From Candidatus Latescibacterota bacterium (lineage in GTDB: Bacteria; Latescibacterota; UBA2968): a DNA stretch of 64,000 bases. Shown in pieces: positions 51,338-60,439 of the stretch (positions are counted from its first letter, which is position 1; the number at the start of each line of letters is the position of its first letter). The stretch is from the NCBI GenBank assembly GCA_965207885.1, contig OZ242311.1:2880001-2944000 (forward strand), in the 5' to 3' direction. The notes beneath the pieces are model-generated. The model did no database searches. It was not told the DNA's origin and saw only the letters and a list, made by a program, of their open reading frames with translations. The position numbers and the translations under genes were made by a program.

Positions 51338-52978
51338 GTGTGGCCAACACTGCGAGACTTTCTGCAAGTTCCTGTTGAGCTTACGGGGAAAGGTGTCCGT
51401 ATTGCTGTTGTCGATGGTAGATTTTCAAATCATCCCGATATTAGTACAAATAGACACCGTACAACCCACATAGTACATGTGATGGATTCTGAACCACGCC
51501 CCGAAGTGTTTTATCCAGAACCCGAACCCTGGGCAGCAGGTAGTTCGCACGCGCTGCGTGCCGCCGCTGGTGCTGCAGGATCGGGGGCTGCATCGCAGGG
51601 ATTATACACAGGTGTTGCGCCAGAGGCAGACCTATTTCTCATTGCTATGTACTTCCCAGAGCATAAATCGAACCCTAATAGATATTTACCAGACATGAAG
51701 GCGCTGGAATGGGTTCGGGACAATTGGCGAAAGTACGAGATTCGAGCAGTTATGGCAGCGCGTGCATTTCGGACAGACTCAGGCATTCTCCCCTGGCAGA
51801 TGGAACCGCTTCGCATTTTATGTGAAGAACTGGCCTCAGAGGGCGTGCTTGTAATCTCGGGATCAGGCAATGTACCTGACCAGACTGCTGCTACATCGCA
51901 GACCGCATCCCCTTCTGTGCTATCTGTGGGTGGCATCATAATCCCACCGAGTGGCGACTCGTCCCAAGCCGAAATATATCAAGGATGCCGTGGAACGACA
52001 TTTGAAGGAAAATGGGTTCCCCAAATTCTGGCACCTGCAGCGAACATTGCCCTCCCTGATGTAGAGATCGCGCAACTCCTTCATGCGAAAATAGACAACC
52101 TTCCAGGTGGCTATGCCCGCACAAATGGCACATCCTTCGCAGGGCCAATTCTGCTTGGTGCAGCCGCCTGTTTATGGCAAGCCCATCCAAATTGGACAGC
52201 TGCGGAAATAAAATCTGCGCTCATCGCTTCATCAAAGAAAGAACCTCAATGGTTAGATTTGCGTGCTGGCCTCGTATCCGTACGTGATGCGCTGGTAATC
52301 GAAGAAACAGAGAGTACACCTGAGCCTTCGATTACACCCTACCGAAACTGGTCATCGTGGCGGAACCGCCCCCTGCAGCAGAGATTAACAAAACTCAACA
52401 GCACTGATCATGAGGAAGTGAAGGATGCAATTCTTTCTTTTCTTGGAGATGCCATCCCATCTCAAGCAATAGAACCAATAAGTAAGCACGTAAAACACCC
52501 TATAGCAACTGTTCGCACAGCAGCCTTATGTGCTCTGGCAACCGAACCGGCTCAGATAAATGCGAACCATATACTGGACGCGTTCCGAGATTCTTCGCCG
52601 AATGTTCGGATGGCGGGCGTTTACTTGCTGCAAAGGTGCCAGAATTTGTGGCTCGATTGTAAAACGTCATTCTCCAATCTCTTCAACGACACGAGCTTAG
52701 ATGTTCGTTATCAATCGCTTCTACTAGCCGCACAAATGGCTTATCCAGATTTTGCCGCAGAAATTGCCGCTGGCCTTGAAGAAGACGCCCAAATGGGTCG
52801 CGTAGCGAACTTCGGGGCGCGAAGAGATGCGTTAGAGGCAATAACAGGACAGCAGTTTCCGCTTAACTCACCTCCAGAGCCAGGAAAAATACCCCATTCG
52901 AACTCGCTTCGAGATGCGCGAATGGATTTGGCACGTCGATGGAAAGATTGGCTCAGTCGTGAGTGGGAGACAAAATGA
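51338..52978 (+). CDS. S8 (subtilisin-like) serine peptidase with C-terminal HEAT repeats
   Basis: TGKGVRIAVVD, HA, GVAPEA, SGN, NGTSFA; VRTAALCAL and DSSPNVR HEAT-like repeats. Confidence 0.85.
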   Translation: MWPTLRDFLQVPVELTGKGVRIAVVDGRFSNHPDISTNRHRTTHIVHVMDSEPRPEVFYPEPEPWAAGSSHALRAAAGAAGSGAASQGLYTGVAPEADLFLIAMYFPEHKSNPNRYLPDMKALEWVRDNWRKYEIRAVMAARAFRTDSGILPWQMEPLRILCEELASEGVLVISGSGNVPDQTAATSQTASPSVLSVGGIIIPPSGDSSQAEIYQGCRGTTFEGKWVPQILAPAANIALPDVEIAQLLHAKIDNLPGGYARTNGTSFAGPILLGAAACLWQAHPNWTAAEIKSALIASSKKEPQWLDLRAGLVSVRDALVIEETESTPEPSITPYRNWSSWRNRPLQQRLTKLNSTDHEEVKDAILSFLGDAIPSQAIEPISKHVKHPIATVRTAALCALATEPAQINANHILDAFRDSSPNVRMAGVYLLQRCQNLWLDCKTSFSNLFNDTSLDVRYQSLLLAAQMAYPDFAAEIAAGLEEDAQMGRVANFGARRDALEAITGQQFPLNSPPEPGKIPHSNSLRDARMDLARRWKDWLSREWETK

Positions 52979-53045
52979 GGTTAAAATAGCGGACTAATAA
53001 AACAAAACGACAAATCATTAATAATCACTAATAAGGAGACTCGCA

Positions 53046-53495
53046 ATGGAGACACATGTTCCTCTCATCAGCACCCGGACAAAAGGCCCGTTGGGATTGG
53101 TTCACCTTCCGAGGCTATGGTTGAAAATGCGTCTGTCGGCAAAGGGCAAGTTGGCAGATGAATACAGAGCAGGTGAAGGCGGGTTCGATGGCCTGCTGCT
53201 CGAAGCTCTGGGAATTGATTCGACCGCCGCTGTCGCTTTCGTAAGCGCGTCGCAGCCGGGCTACCTGGCGTTCGAGACCTGGGTGAAGAAAAATGCAAAA
53301 CCGGAAAGCCTGACGCCGGAGGCGATTGACCAATTCAACGAACGCATCCTCTCGTTCCCCAAGCCAGAGCCAGGCCGAAGCGAAATGCTTGAGGTCCTTG
53401 GGTTACCCCAGTCTGACAAAGAGTGGCTCGGCACCGACCTCAACGATCTCGACGACTGGCATGGCTTTCATCTGGCGCTACTCGATGAGGAGTGA
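53046..53495 (+). CDS. DUF5069-like protein
   Basis: GPLGLVHLPRLWLK...GKL...FDGLLLEALGI; DLDDW. Confidence 0.75.
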   Translation: METHVPLISTRTKGPLGLVHLPRLWLKMRLSAKGKLADEYRAGEGGFDGLLLEALGIDSTAAVAFVSASQPGYLAFETWVKKNAKPESLTPEAIDQFNERILSFPKPEPGRSEMLEVLGLPQSDKEWLGTDLNDLDDWHGFHLALLDEE

Positions 53496-53496
53496 A

Positions 53497-54120
53497 GTGA
53501 TCAAAGCCATCATCTGGGATATGGGTGGAGTACTGATAAAAGAAAACCTAACAGTGGACGACACTCAAATTCCTCAAATTGGTATGTCAATAGCTGAACT
53601 GGCCCAAATGGTATTCTATCACCCTCTAACGCCGAAACTTTTCGTGGGGGAAGAACATCCAGAAAAGTTATGGAAAGTTATTGGAGATGAACTGAATATA
53701 TCAAATGATGAAGCACAGAAATTAGGTGCGGATTTCTGGGGCGAACCCATCTGGAATTATGATCTGTTAGACTATATTACCTCATTAAAAGGCAAATATA
53801 AACTCGGCGTGCTCAGCGATGCTTGGATCACGACGCGCAAAATTGTACAGGAAGAGATTCATGATGACCTTTTTGATGCGATAATGTTCTCAGCTGAAGA
53901 AGGTTTGCGCAAACCTGACCCAAAGATTTTTCAGCGTATGCTATCCCGTTTGGAAGTGACTGCTGAAGAAGCCATTTTTGTGGATGACAGAATTAACAAT
54001 GTGCAAGGCGCAGAGCAAGTTAGCATACATGATATTCACTATACGCCAGAAATCGATATCCAAGAACGAATCAATCAAATTACGTCAAACGCAAAAACGA
54101 AGAACCGATTACCAAAGTAA
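53497..54120 (+). CDS. HAD family phosphatase
   Basis: WDMGGVL, LSD, KPDPKIF, FVDD. Confidence 0.88.
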   Translation: MIKAIIWDMGGVLIKENLTVDDTQIPQIGMSIAELAQMVFYHPLTPKLFVGEEHPEKLWKVIGDELNISNDEAQKLGADFWGEPIWNYDLLDYITSLKGKYKLGVLSDAWITTRKIVQEEIHDDLFDAIMFSAEEGLRKPDPKIFQRMLSRLEVTAEEAIFVDDRINNVQGAEQVSIHDIHYTPEIDIQERINQITSNAKTKNRLPK

Positions 54121-54205
54121 TGCAAGCACTAAAGGAAATCGGAGGCTTCGCCGTGATGGGGCCGCCAGCGGTTAACAGGCCGTTAGGCAAAATGCCGCTT
54201 GAGGG

Positions 54206-54355
54206 AAGCTTGATCTGGACGAATTGCATCAGTTTGAGCAGGCCCGTGAACTCTCTATCGATTTGCTTGAGTAATGGGTTTCTCAATTCAAGTTCAAAGA
54301 TTGGGCTAACTACAGTTCAACGGGTACCGAAGTCACTATTGATGAGAAGCGATCC
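54206..54355 (+). pseudogene. Internal fragment resembling an SDH/ClpP-fold serine protease, with in-frame stop
   Basis: KLDLDELHQFEQARELSIDLLE*WVSQFKFKDW. Confidence 0.5.
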
Positions 54356-54410
54356 TCGTGATAGACTAGGCGGTACCTTAAACCAAGCGGCGGAAAGGAT
54401 ATAAAGTGCC

Positions 54411-55061
54411 ATGCTGAAAGCCATTCTTTGGGACAACGACGGCGTCCTGGTCGACACCGAAGGCCTGTACTTTCAGGCTTGCCGCGAAACCTTGGAACGC
54501 CTCGGCGTCCGCCTGAGCGAAGCCCGTTTCATCGAGCTCTTCCTCAAGGCCAGCGAAGGCCTTACCAAGATCGCCGCCGAACACGGCATAGACGAACAGG
54601 CGCTGGAGCCAGCCCGCATCTGGCGCAACGCCCGCTACACCGAACTCTTGCGTGCCGGTGTACCCGTCATCGACGGCGCCCGCCAAGTGCTGCGCCAACT
54701 CCACGGCACGGTGCGCATGGGCATCGTCACCAGTTCGCGGCGGGAGCACTTTGAGATCATTCACGCCGCCACCGGCCTGCTGGACTGCATCGATTTCACG
54801 CTCGTGCGCGAAGACTACCGACATTCCAAGCCCGACCCCGAGCCTTACCTCACGGCCATGCGGCAAAACGGTCTTAGCGCCGCCGAATGCGTCGTTATCG
54901 AAGACTCGGACCGGGGGCTGCGCGCCGCACTGGCGGCCGGGCTGCGCTGCATCGTCATACCGCAGGGCCTGACGAGCGGCCTGGACTTCACCGGCGCCCT
55001 GCGGCAACTGACCGATATCCGTCAGGTCCCACCGCTGATCCATGAGCTTATGCAAACTTAG
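54411..55061 (+). CDS. HAD family phosphatase (beta-PGM-like), GC-rich
   Basis: WDNDGVLVDTE, VTS, KPDPEPY, IEDS. Confidence 0.9.
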   Translation: MLKAILWDNDGVLVDTEGLYFQACRETLERLGVRLSEARFIELFLKASEGLTKIAAEHGIDEQALEPARIWRNARYTELLRAGVPVIDGARQVLRQLHGTVRMGIVTSSRREHFEIIHAATGLLDCIDFTLVREDYRHSKPDPEPYLTAMRQNGLSAAECVVIEDSDRGLRAALAAGLRCIVIPQGLTSGLDFTGALRQLTDIRQVPPLIHELMQT

Positions 55062-55203
55062 TACTGTTTCAATTAAGTTTCTTGCATGCAATTCCACCCG
55101 TTACGGACGAAAAGCTTGAGGGTTAGAACTTGAAAATCAAAGGGGTGAAGGTTTCCCCTCTATGTTATTTTTTGCCAGGTCCCAAGTTTTGAAAGGAGCC
55201 TTC

Positions 55204-56196
55204 ATGTCCGACTTCCCATCCCAATCGCGTTACGACAGCATGACATATAGACGGTGTGGCAACAGCGGTATTCAACTCCCCCTGCTCTCTCTCGGCCTGT
55301 GGCATAATTTTGGTGGCGTCGATGTGTTTGAAACCGGACGCGCTACGGTGCGCACCGCCTTTGACCACGGCATCACGCACCTGGATCTGGCCAACAACTA
55401 TGGACCGCCCTATGGCTCTGCCGAAGAGACCTTCGGCCGCATCCTCCAGCTCGACCTGACGCCCTACCGGGACGAACTGATCATCTCCACCAAGGCCGGA
55501 TTTGATATGTGGCCCGGACCCTATGGCAATTTTGGCTCGCGGAAATACCTCGTTGCCAGCCTCGACCAAAGCCTCAAACGCCTGGGGGTAGATTATGTCG
55601 ATATCTTCTACCACCATCGCCCCGATCCCGACACGCCACTTGCAGAAACCATGGGCGCTCTCGATTTCACCGTCCGTTCAGGTCGCGCCCTCTATGTTGG
55701 CATCTCCAATTATCCGCCTGACAAAACCAGAGAGGCCGCGCGAATCCTGCGCGACTTAGGTACGCCCTGCCTGATCCATCAGCCCAAATACAATCTGCTT
55801 ACCCGACAACCCGAAAACAATGGTCTCTTCGACGTCCTTCAGGAGGAAGGCATCGGCTGCATCGCCTTCTCCATCCTCAACAGCGGCATGCTCACCGATA
55901 AATACCTGGACGGCATCCCCGCAGACTCCCGCGCCGCTCGCCCGGGTCACCCGCTCAAAAATCGCCTCGACAAAAAAACCATCGATAAAATCAGCAAGCT
56001 CAACGACCACGCCTGTGCCCGTGGCCAGACCCTCGCCCAGATGGCCATCGCCTGGGTCCTCCGCCAGGAGGCGGTCACGACCGCGCTTTGCGGAGCCAGC
56101 CGCCCCGAACAAATCGAGGACAGCATCGGTGCCCTCGACAACCTGAATTTCACCGAAGACGAACAGCAGACAATCGACAATATATTAGCGACGTAA
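55204..56196 (+). CDS. Aldo/keto reductase (L-glyceraldehyde 3-phosphate reductase-like)
   Basis: SLGLWHNFG, DLANNYGPPYGSAE, STKAG, GSRKYL, IHQP. Confidence 0.92.
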   Translation: MSDFPSQSRYDSMTYRRCGNSGIQLPLLSLGLWHNFGGVDVFETGRATVRTAFDHGITHLDLANNYGPPYGSAEETFGRILQLDLTPYRDELIISTKAGFDMWPGPYGNFGSRKYLVASLDQSLKRLGVDYVDIFYHHRPDPDTPLAETMGALDFTVRSGRALYVGISNYPPDKTREAARILRDLGTPCLIHQPKYNLLTRQPENNGLFDVLQEEGIGCIAFSILNSGMLTDKYLDGIPADSRAARPGHPLKNRLDKKTIDKISKLNDHACARGQTLAQMAIAWVLRQEAVTTALCGASRPEQIEDSIGALDNLNFTEDEQQTIDNILAT

Positions 56197-56288
56197 ACAA
56201 CCTGCTGAGACCGTTCGTTGATCCCGTAGTTAGGCGATATAGAAGAAAGAGCTGAAAGTGGCTAAACTGATCAAGAAAGGGAAGTAGA

Positions 56289-56735
56289 ATGTCTTCAGCC
56301 TCCGATACTCCGCGCGTGTACCTGGGTGCCTATGGGCTCTGTCGTGATCCGTCAGGTCGCCTTCTCTTGGTTCGCATGGCGAGTGGACCGGACGAAGGAA
56401 GATGGACGATTCCAGGTGGTGGTATTGAGTGGGGGGAGCATCCGGATGCTACGGTGCTTCGCGAGTTAGAAGAGGAGACAGGCATCGTGGACGTTGAGAC
56501 CTTTAGAGCCGCTGAGGTGTATTCACATACGTACACCAAAAGTGTGGAGCGTCCAGACGACTCGGTACACCATGTCGGCATCGTCTATAACGTGACTGTT
56601 GGTTTGCTCGATCTCAGGTTCGAACAAGATGGATCGACTGATCGTTGCGAGTGGTGTACCAAGAGTCAATCCCGGTCCTTGCCCCTCACTCCACTGGGGG
56701 CATTCGCAGTTGACTTGGCCTGGCCGAGACCTTAG
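56289..56735 (+). CDS. NUDIX hydrolase
   Basis: PGGGIEWGE...LRELEEETG. Confidence 0.9.
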   Translation: MSSASDTPRVYLGAYGLCRDPSGRLLLVRMASGPDEGRWTIPGGGIEWGEHPDATVLRELEEETGIVDVETFRAAEVYSHTYTKSVERPDDSVHHVGIVYNVTVGLLDLRFEQDGSTDRCEWCTKSQSRSLPLTPLGAFAVDLAWPRP

Positions 56736-56824
56736 CCGCGTTCTGTTGGTGAAGTGGAGGCAACACACAACAAGAAATCCACGTTCATTGGCAAGAGTCT
56801 CTCATCCACTTACTCTTTTGTAAG

Positions 56825-56908
56825 TAGGAAGCGCCTCCTATGATCTCGAAATACATTGATAAACTCAGAGAAGGTGAATCTCTCCAGGCCGATGAGGCTA
56901 AACAATGA
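56825..56908 (+). pseudogene. Duplicated 5' stub of trpD (RBS + 22 codons)
   Basis: About 78/83 identical to 60425-60507; reads MISKYIDKLREGESLQADEAKQ-stop. Confidence 0.9.
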
Positions 56909-56931
56909 AGAAAATCCTATAAGGATATACC

Positions 56932-57795
56932 ATGAATTTCACGATTGATCTTGAATATACTCCACGCAGTCCCCAAGATGGATTGCCCTTCACTGAGAAA
57001 ACATTCTGTCGGCGTAGTATCCCATTTACTTTTGACGTCAAAGAAGTAGGGATTGCTTTGGTTGATTTTTGGAATTTTGGCTGGGATGATGGCCCCTTTG
57101 ACGAAGAACTTGGTGACCGCAGTTTTGAACGGGGTCGCTCCCATGCAGAACGAAAACGCCAAATTATTGAGACAAAAGTCAGGCCATTAGTAAATATGCT
57201 TCGCGATATGGATTTCCAGATTTTTCACTGCAATCAAGCAGATTTTATGAAACGCTATCCTCAATGGAATCAGTCAACAACCGATGCAGAACGCCAGAGC
57301 CTATCTGCGGATCCTGCTTCTTCTGAAAATTTAAAAGAAGAACGAAACAGTCAATGGCCTCCTCAAGAGTGGGTGGACAGTTGGAAAAATCAGCATCGCG
57401 AATTGATTTGGCGAATGGAGGATTGGGCGAATATTCAGGGGAAACTCTATTACCAAATATCGATACCTGAACCCGTTGAACCCCAGGATGGCGATTTACT
57501 GGTTTATTCAGGAGACCAGTTTCATCGGCTGCTTGCCGAAAAGCGTATCAAGGTTCTGTTTTACATGGGCTTTGAGACCGATGAATGTTTGATGAATAAG
57601 CCTCATGGCATAAGAAATATGAGTCGCCTGGGTTATATGCCTATAGCTGTAACCGACTGTACAACAACATATGAAGCGGCTGAAACTTTGGATGGACTGT
57701 GGAAAACACGAGTTACAATTCTCAATATTGAAGCCCATCAGGGCTATTCAGTAACATCTGAAGCCCTTTTAAATTCTCTGAAAATTCTGAAATAA
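56932..57795 (+). CDS. Isochorismatase/cysteine hydrolase-like protein
   Basis: LVDFWN, YMGFETDECL, TDCTT. Confidence 0.7.
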   Translation: MNFTIDLEYTPRSPQDGLPFTEKTFCRRSIPFTFDVKEVGIALVDFWNFGWDDGPFDEELGDRSFERGRSHAERKRQIIETKVRPLVNMLRDMDFQIFHCNQADFMKRYPQWNQSTTDAERQSLSADPASSENLKEERNSQWPPQEWVDSWKNQHRELIWRMEDWANIQGKLYYQISIPEPVEPQDGDLLVYSGDQFHRLLAEKRIKVLFYMGFETDECLMNKPHGIRNMSRLGYMPIAVTDCTTTYEAAETLDGLWKTRVTILNIEAHQGYSVTSEALLNSLKILK

Positions 57796-57861
57796 AAAAT
57801 CCTCAGGCTTGCGTCCTGTAAGCCCCAACCACTACCTCAGGGCCTAAAAAAATGCCGCCAC

Positions 57862-57957
57862 CGCACAAAAAGCAATATCCTGAATTGCTAACTTTCCTCA
57901 ATAGCTCGGCCGGAAAACCTAAACCCCATCCCATTTGTCTAAAACACATGAACCTTG
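57862..57957 (+). repeat. About 96-bp intergenic repeat, copy 1
   Basis: CGCACAAAAAGCAATATCC...CACATGAACCTTG, also at 61545-61641. Confidence 0.9.
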
Positions 57958-58000
57958 AAGAAGATTCTATTTTGAGAGTAGCTTAGTCGGGAGTTGAGCA

Positions 58001-58789
58001 TTGAAAATCGAAAATCTTCCAACTGCTGTTCAAGCCCATCTCGCGGGTTTTGAGTCAGATGGAGAAAATCTCCGAACAGCATCGTGTGCCGACGTGTTCC
58101 GGTACACTCATCCACGCAAACAGAGTTTGTTCCTCAAAGCACGAGATATGCATGCGGCACCACAAGAATCCGATCTTCTGGCCGAGAAAACGGCAATGTC
58201 TTGGCTCCAGGGAAAATTGAACGTTCCTCGCGTGGTCTGCTTCCACGAAAAAGGTGATACTCAGTATCTGCTCATGACCCAAATCGCTGGTGTATCTGGC
58301 ATCCACCAGGATGCCAAAAGTGATGTTCCGAATCTCGTACGCCTGTTCGCTCGTGGTCTTCGCGAAATTCACGCAATAGCGGTCGATTCGTGCCCCTTAG
58401 ATTGGCGCATGGAACGCTATTTTGCTTGGGCGACAGACTTGATTGACTCAGGCGTACTGGACGGTCAGATACCAGATGGTAAAACGAGGAATGTTCTTCG
58501 GGATGAGCTGGACAGCATAAGGGCCGACCTACCACCCGAGGACCTGGTGTTCACCCATGGGGATTATTGCCTACCCAACGTAATGATCCACAATGGCCGT
58601 TTAAGTGGCTACATTGATTTGGGCTATGCGGGCGTTGGAGATCGATATCTCGATTTTGTCGCAGCTTACTACACCATTCGCAGAAATCTTGGAAATGAGT
58701 GGATTCCTTTGTTTTTCCAGGAATATGGGCATAAATTGGATCAGGCCAGATTGAGCGTATATCAAAGAATCCATGACTTTACCTACTGA
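58001..58789 (+). CDS. Aminoglycoside 3'-phosphotransferase-like protein
   Basis: LFLK, WLQGKLNVP, CPLD, FTHGDYCLPNV, IDLG, DRYLD. Confidence 0.88.
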   Translation: MKIENLPTAVQAHLAGFESDGENLRTASCADVFRYTHPRKQSLFLKARDMHAAPQESDLLAEKTAMSWLQGKLNVPRVVCFHEKGDTQYLLMTQIAGVSGIHQDAKSDVPNLVRLFARGLREIHAIAVDSCPLDWRMERYFAWATDLIDSGVLDGQIPDGKTRNVLRDELDSIRADLPPEDLVFTHGDYCLPNVMIHNGRLSGYIDLGYAGVGDRYLDFVAAYYTIRRNLGNEWIPLFFQEYGHKLDQARLSVYQRIHDFTY

Positions 58790-58827
58790 GAATGCTTTGA
58801 AATGGTCCTTTCTTCTTGGAGGAATCT

Positions 58828-59700
58828 ATGGCAAACTTGAATGGAAAGATCGCCCTTGTCACTGGAGGAAGTAGAGGATTGGGACAAGGAATCGCTCTGG
58901 TCTTGGGGGAACATGGATGCACGGTCTATGTTACTGGTCGTAGCACCAAAGAAGACTCACAGCACCCTGAATGGCCTAATGCAACAATTGATAAAACAGC
59001 ACAATTGGTGACTGAGATGGGTGGAAAGGGAATCCCAATTCAATGTGACCATACAGATGACGATCAAGTCGATGGCGTTTATGAACGAATCAAGGAGGAG
59101 AGGGGTTATATTGATATTCTTGTAAATGTCATCTGGGGCGGCTACGAAAATATGGAGAATTTCAGCAAGCCCTTCTGGGATCAGCCGAATTGGCGCATTG
59201 ATAAAATGTATCAGACAGGCGTTCGCACTTCATACACGGCTTGTCGAATAGGTGCAAAACTGATGCTCTCTCGAAAACAAGGACTGATCATCAATATTAC
59301 TTTCTGGGATCAAGACAAATATCTCGAACCCGTGCCCCAGGACTTTGCTTTGACTGCAATGGGGCGGCTTGTGTTCGCTATGGCTCAGGAATTGAAGCCT
59401 CACAATATTGCATCTATTGCTCTTTCTCCAGGCTTCATTCGAAACGAGGGGATGTTATCCCAAGAGGAAATTCGAGGTGAATATCAGAGGCCACCTGTTG
59501 TCTCTCAAAATCTACCACCAAAAACTGAATCTATCCAATACGCAGGAAGAGCTGTCGTCGCCCTTGCCTGCGACCCGAATATTATATCGCGAACAGGTCA
59601 GATTCTCAATATTGGAAACCTATCTCGTGAATATGGATTTACAGATATCGACGGTACGCAGCCACCCCCTTACCAGATTGAATGGACAGGAAAGCCTTGA
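58828..59700 (+). CDS. SDR family oxidoreductase (DHRS1-like)
   Basis: VTGGSRGLG...VYVTGRS; YGFTDIDG. Confidence 0.88.
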   Translation: MANLNGKIALVTGGSRGLGQGIALVLGEHGCTVYVTGRSTKEDSQHPEWPNATIDKTAQLVTEMGGKGIPIQCDHTDDDQVDGVYERIKEERGYIDILVNVIWGGYENMENFSKPFWDQPNWRIDKMYQTGVRTSYTACRIGAKLMLSRKQGLIINITFWDQDKYLEPVPQDFALTAMGRLVFAMAQELKPHNIASIALSPGFIRNEGMLSQEEIRGEYQRPPVVSQNLPPKTESIQYAGRAVVALACDPNIISRTGQILNIGNLSREYGFTDIDGTQPPPYQIEWTGKP

Positions 59701-59752
59701 ATCCGTTCCAAAAGAAGCACTGTTTTGACTATAGACAGAGGTTTAATTTTTT

Positions 59753-60349
59753 ATGAAGAAAATTCTATTTGGAACGGCTAATAAAGAAAAAATTCGTCAT
59801 GTTAGACATATTTTATCGCCGTTTGCAATTGAAATTCTGGACCCTGGCCAATTGGGGCTAAAATTAGATGTAACTGAAGACGGCGATACCCCTGAAAAGA
59901 ATGCGATCAAAAAGGCAATAGCTTATTATCAAGCATCGGGCCTCCCATCTTTTGCGATCGATTCTGGGCTGGAGATTAATGGATTGTCAAATAAAGAGCA
60001 ACCTAACGTCTTTGTTCGACGAATTTGTTCCCAAGAACAAGAGGTCACAGATCAGCAGATTATTGACCATTATCTAAAAAAAATATGTTCTGTTGGTGGC
60101 TCAACTTTTGGCACCTGGCACAATTGTATCGCTCTGGTTCATAGTGAGGCTGCCCCCCTTCTTCACAGTTGGCAAATGGAAGTGCTATTTACTTCAAATC
60201 AGAGCCAAAAAACTATTCCTGGTGCGCCTCTCAATTCGATAATGTGTGATCTCGATAGTAGATGTTATTTTTCAGACATGGCCTATATAGATAGGCCGGA
60301 TTCCAGGGCTATTATGAATTTTTTTGATCGCAATCTGGATAAGTGGTAA
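59753..60349 (+). CDS. Ham1/ITPase-like protein (divergent)
   Basis: FGTANKEK, EDGDTPEKNAIKKA, IDSGL. Confidence 0.8.
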   Translation: MKKILFGTANKEKIRHVRHILSPFAIEILDPGQLGLKLDVTEDGDTPEKNAIKKAIAYYQASGLPSFAIDSGLEINGLSNKEQPNVFVRRICSQEQEVTDQQIIDHYLKKICSVGGSTFGTWHNCIALVHSEAAPLLHSWQMEVLFTSNQSQKTIPGAPLNSIMCDLDSRCYFSDMAYIDRPDSRAIMNFFDRNLDKW

Positions 60350-60439
60350 AATTGTCACACCTACATCGGCAATGGCAGCCGTTTCACACTCAAGGCAAGC
60401 TTCTGGATAAAAGGACTATCTGAATAGGAAGCACTACCT

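Noticed and set aside
55059-55090. TAGTACTGTTTCAATTAAG... as an IS or MITE end
   Set aside because: No partner inverted repeat or target duplication found.
54378-55097. 239-aa minus-strand ORF
   Set aside because: Shadow of the GC-rich HAD gene, which has all family motifs.
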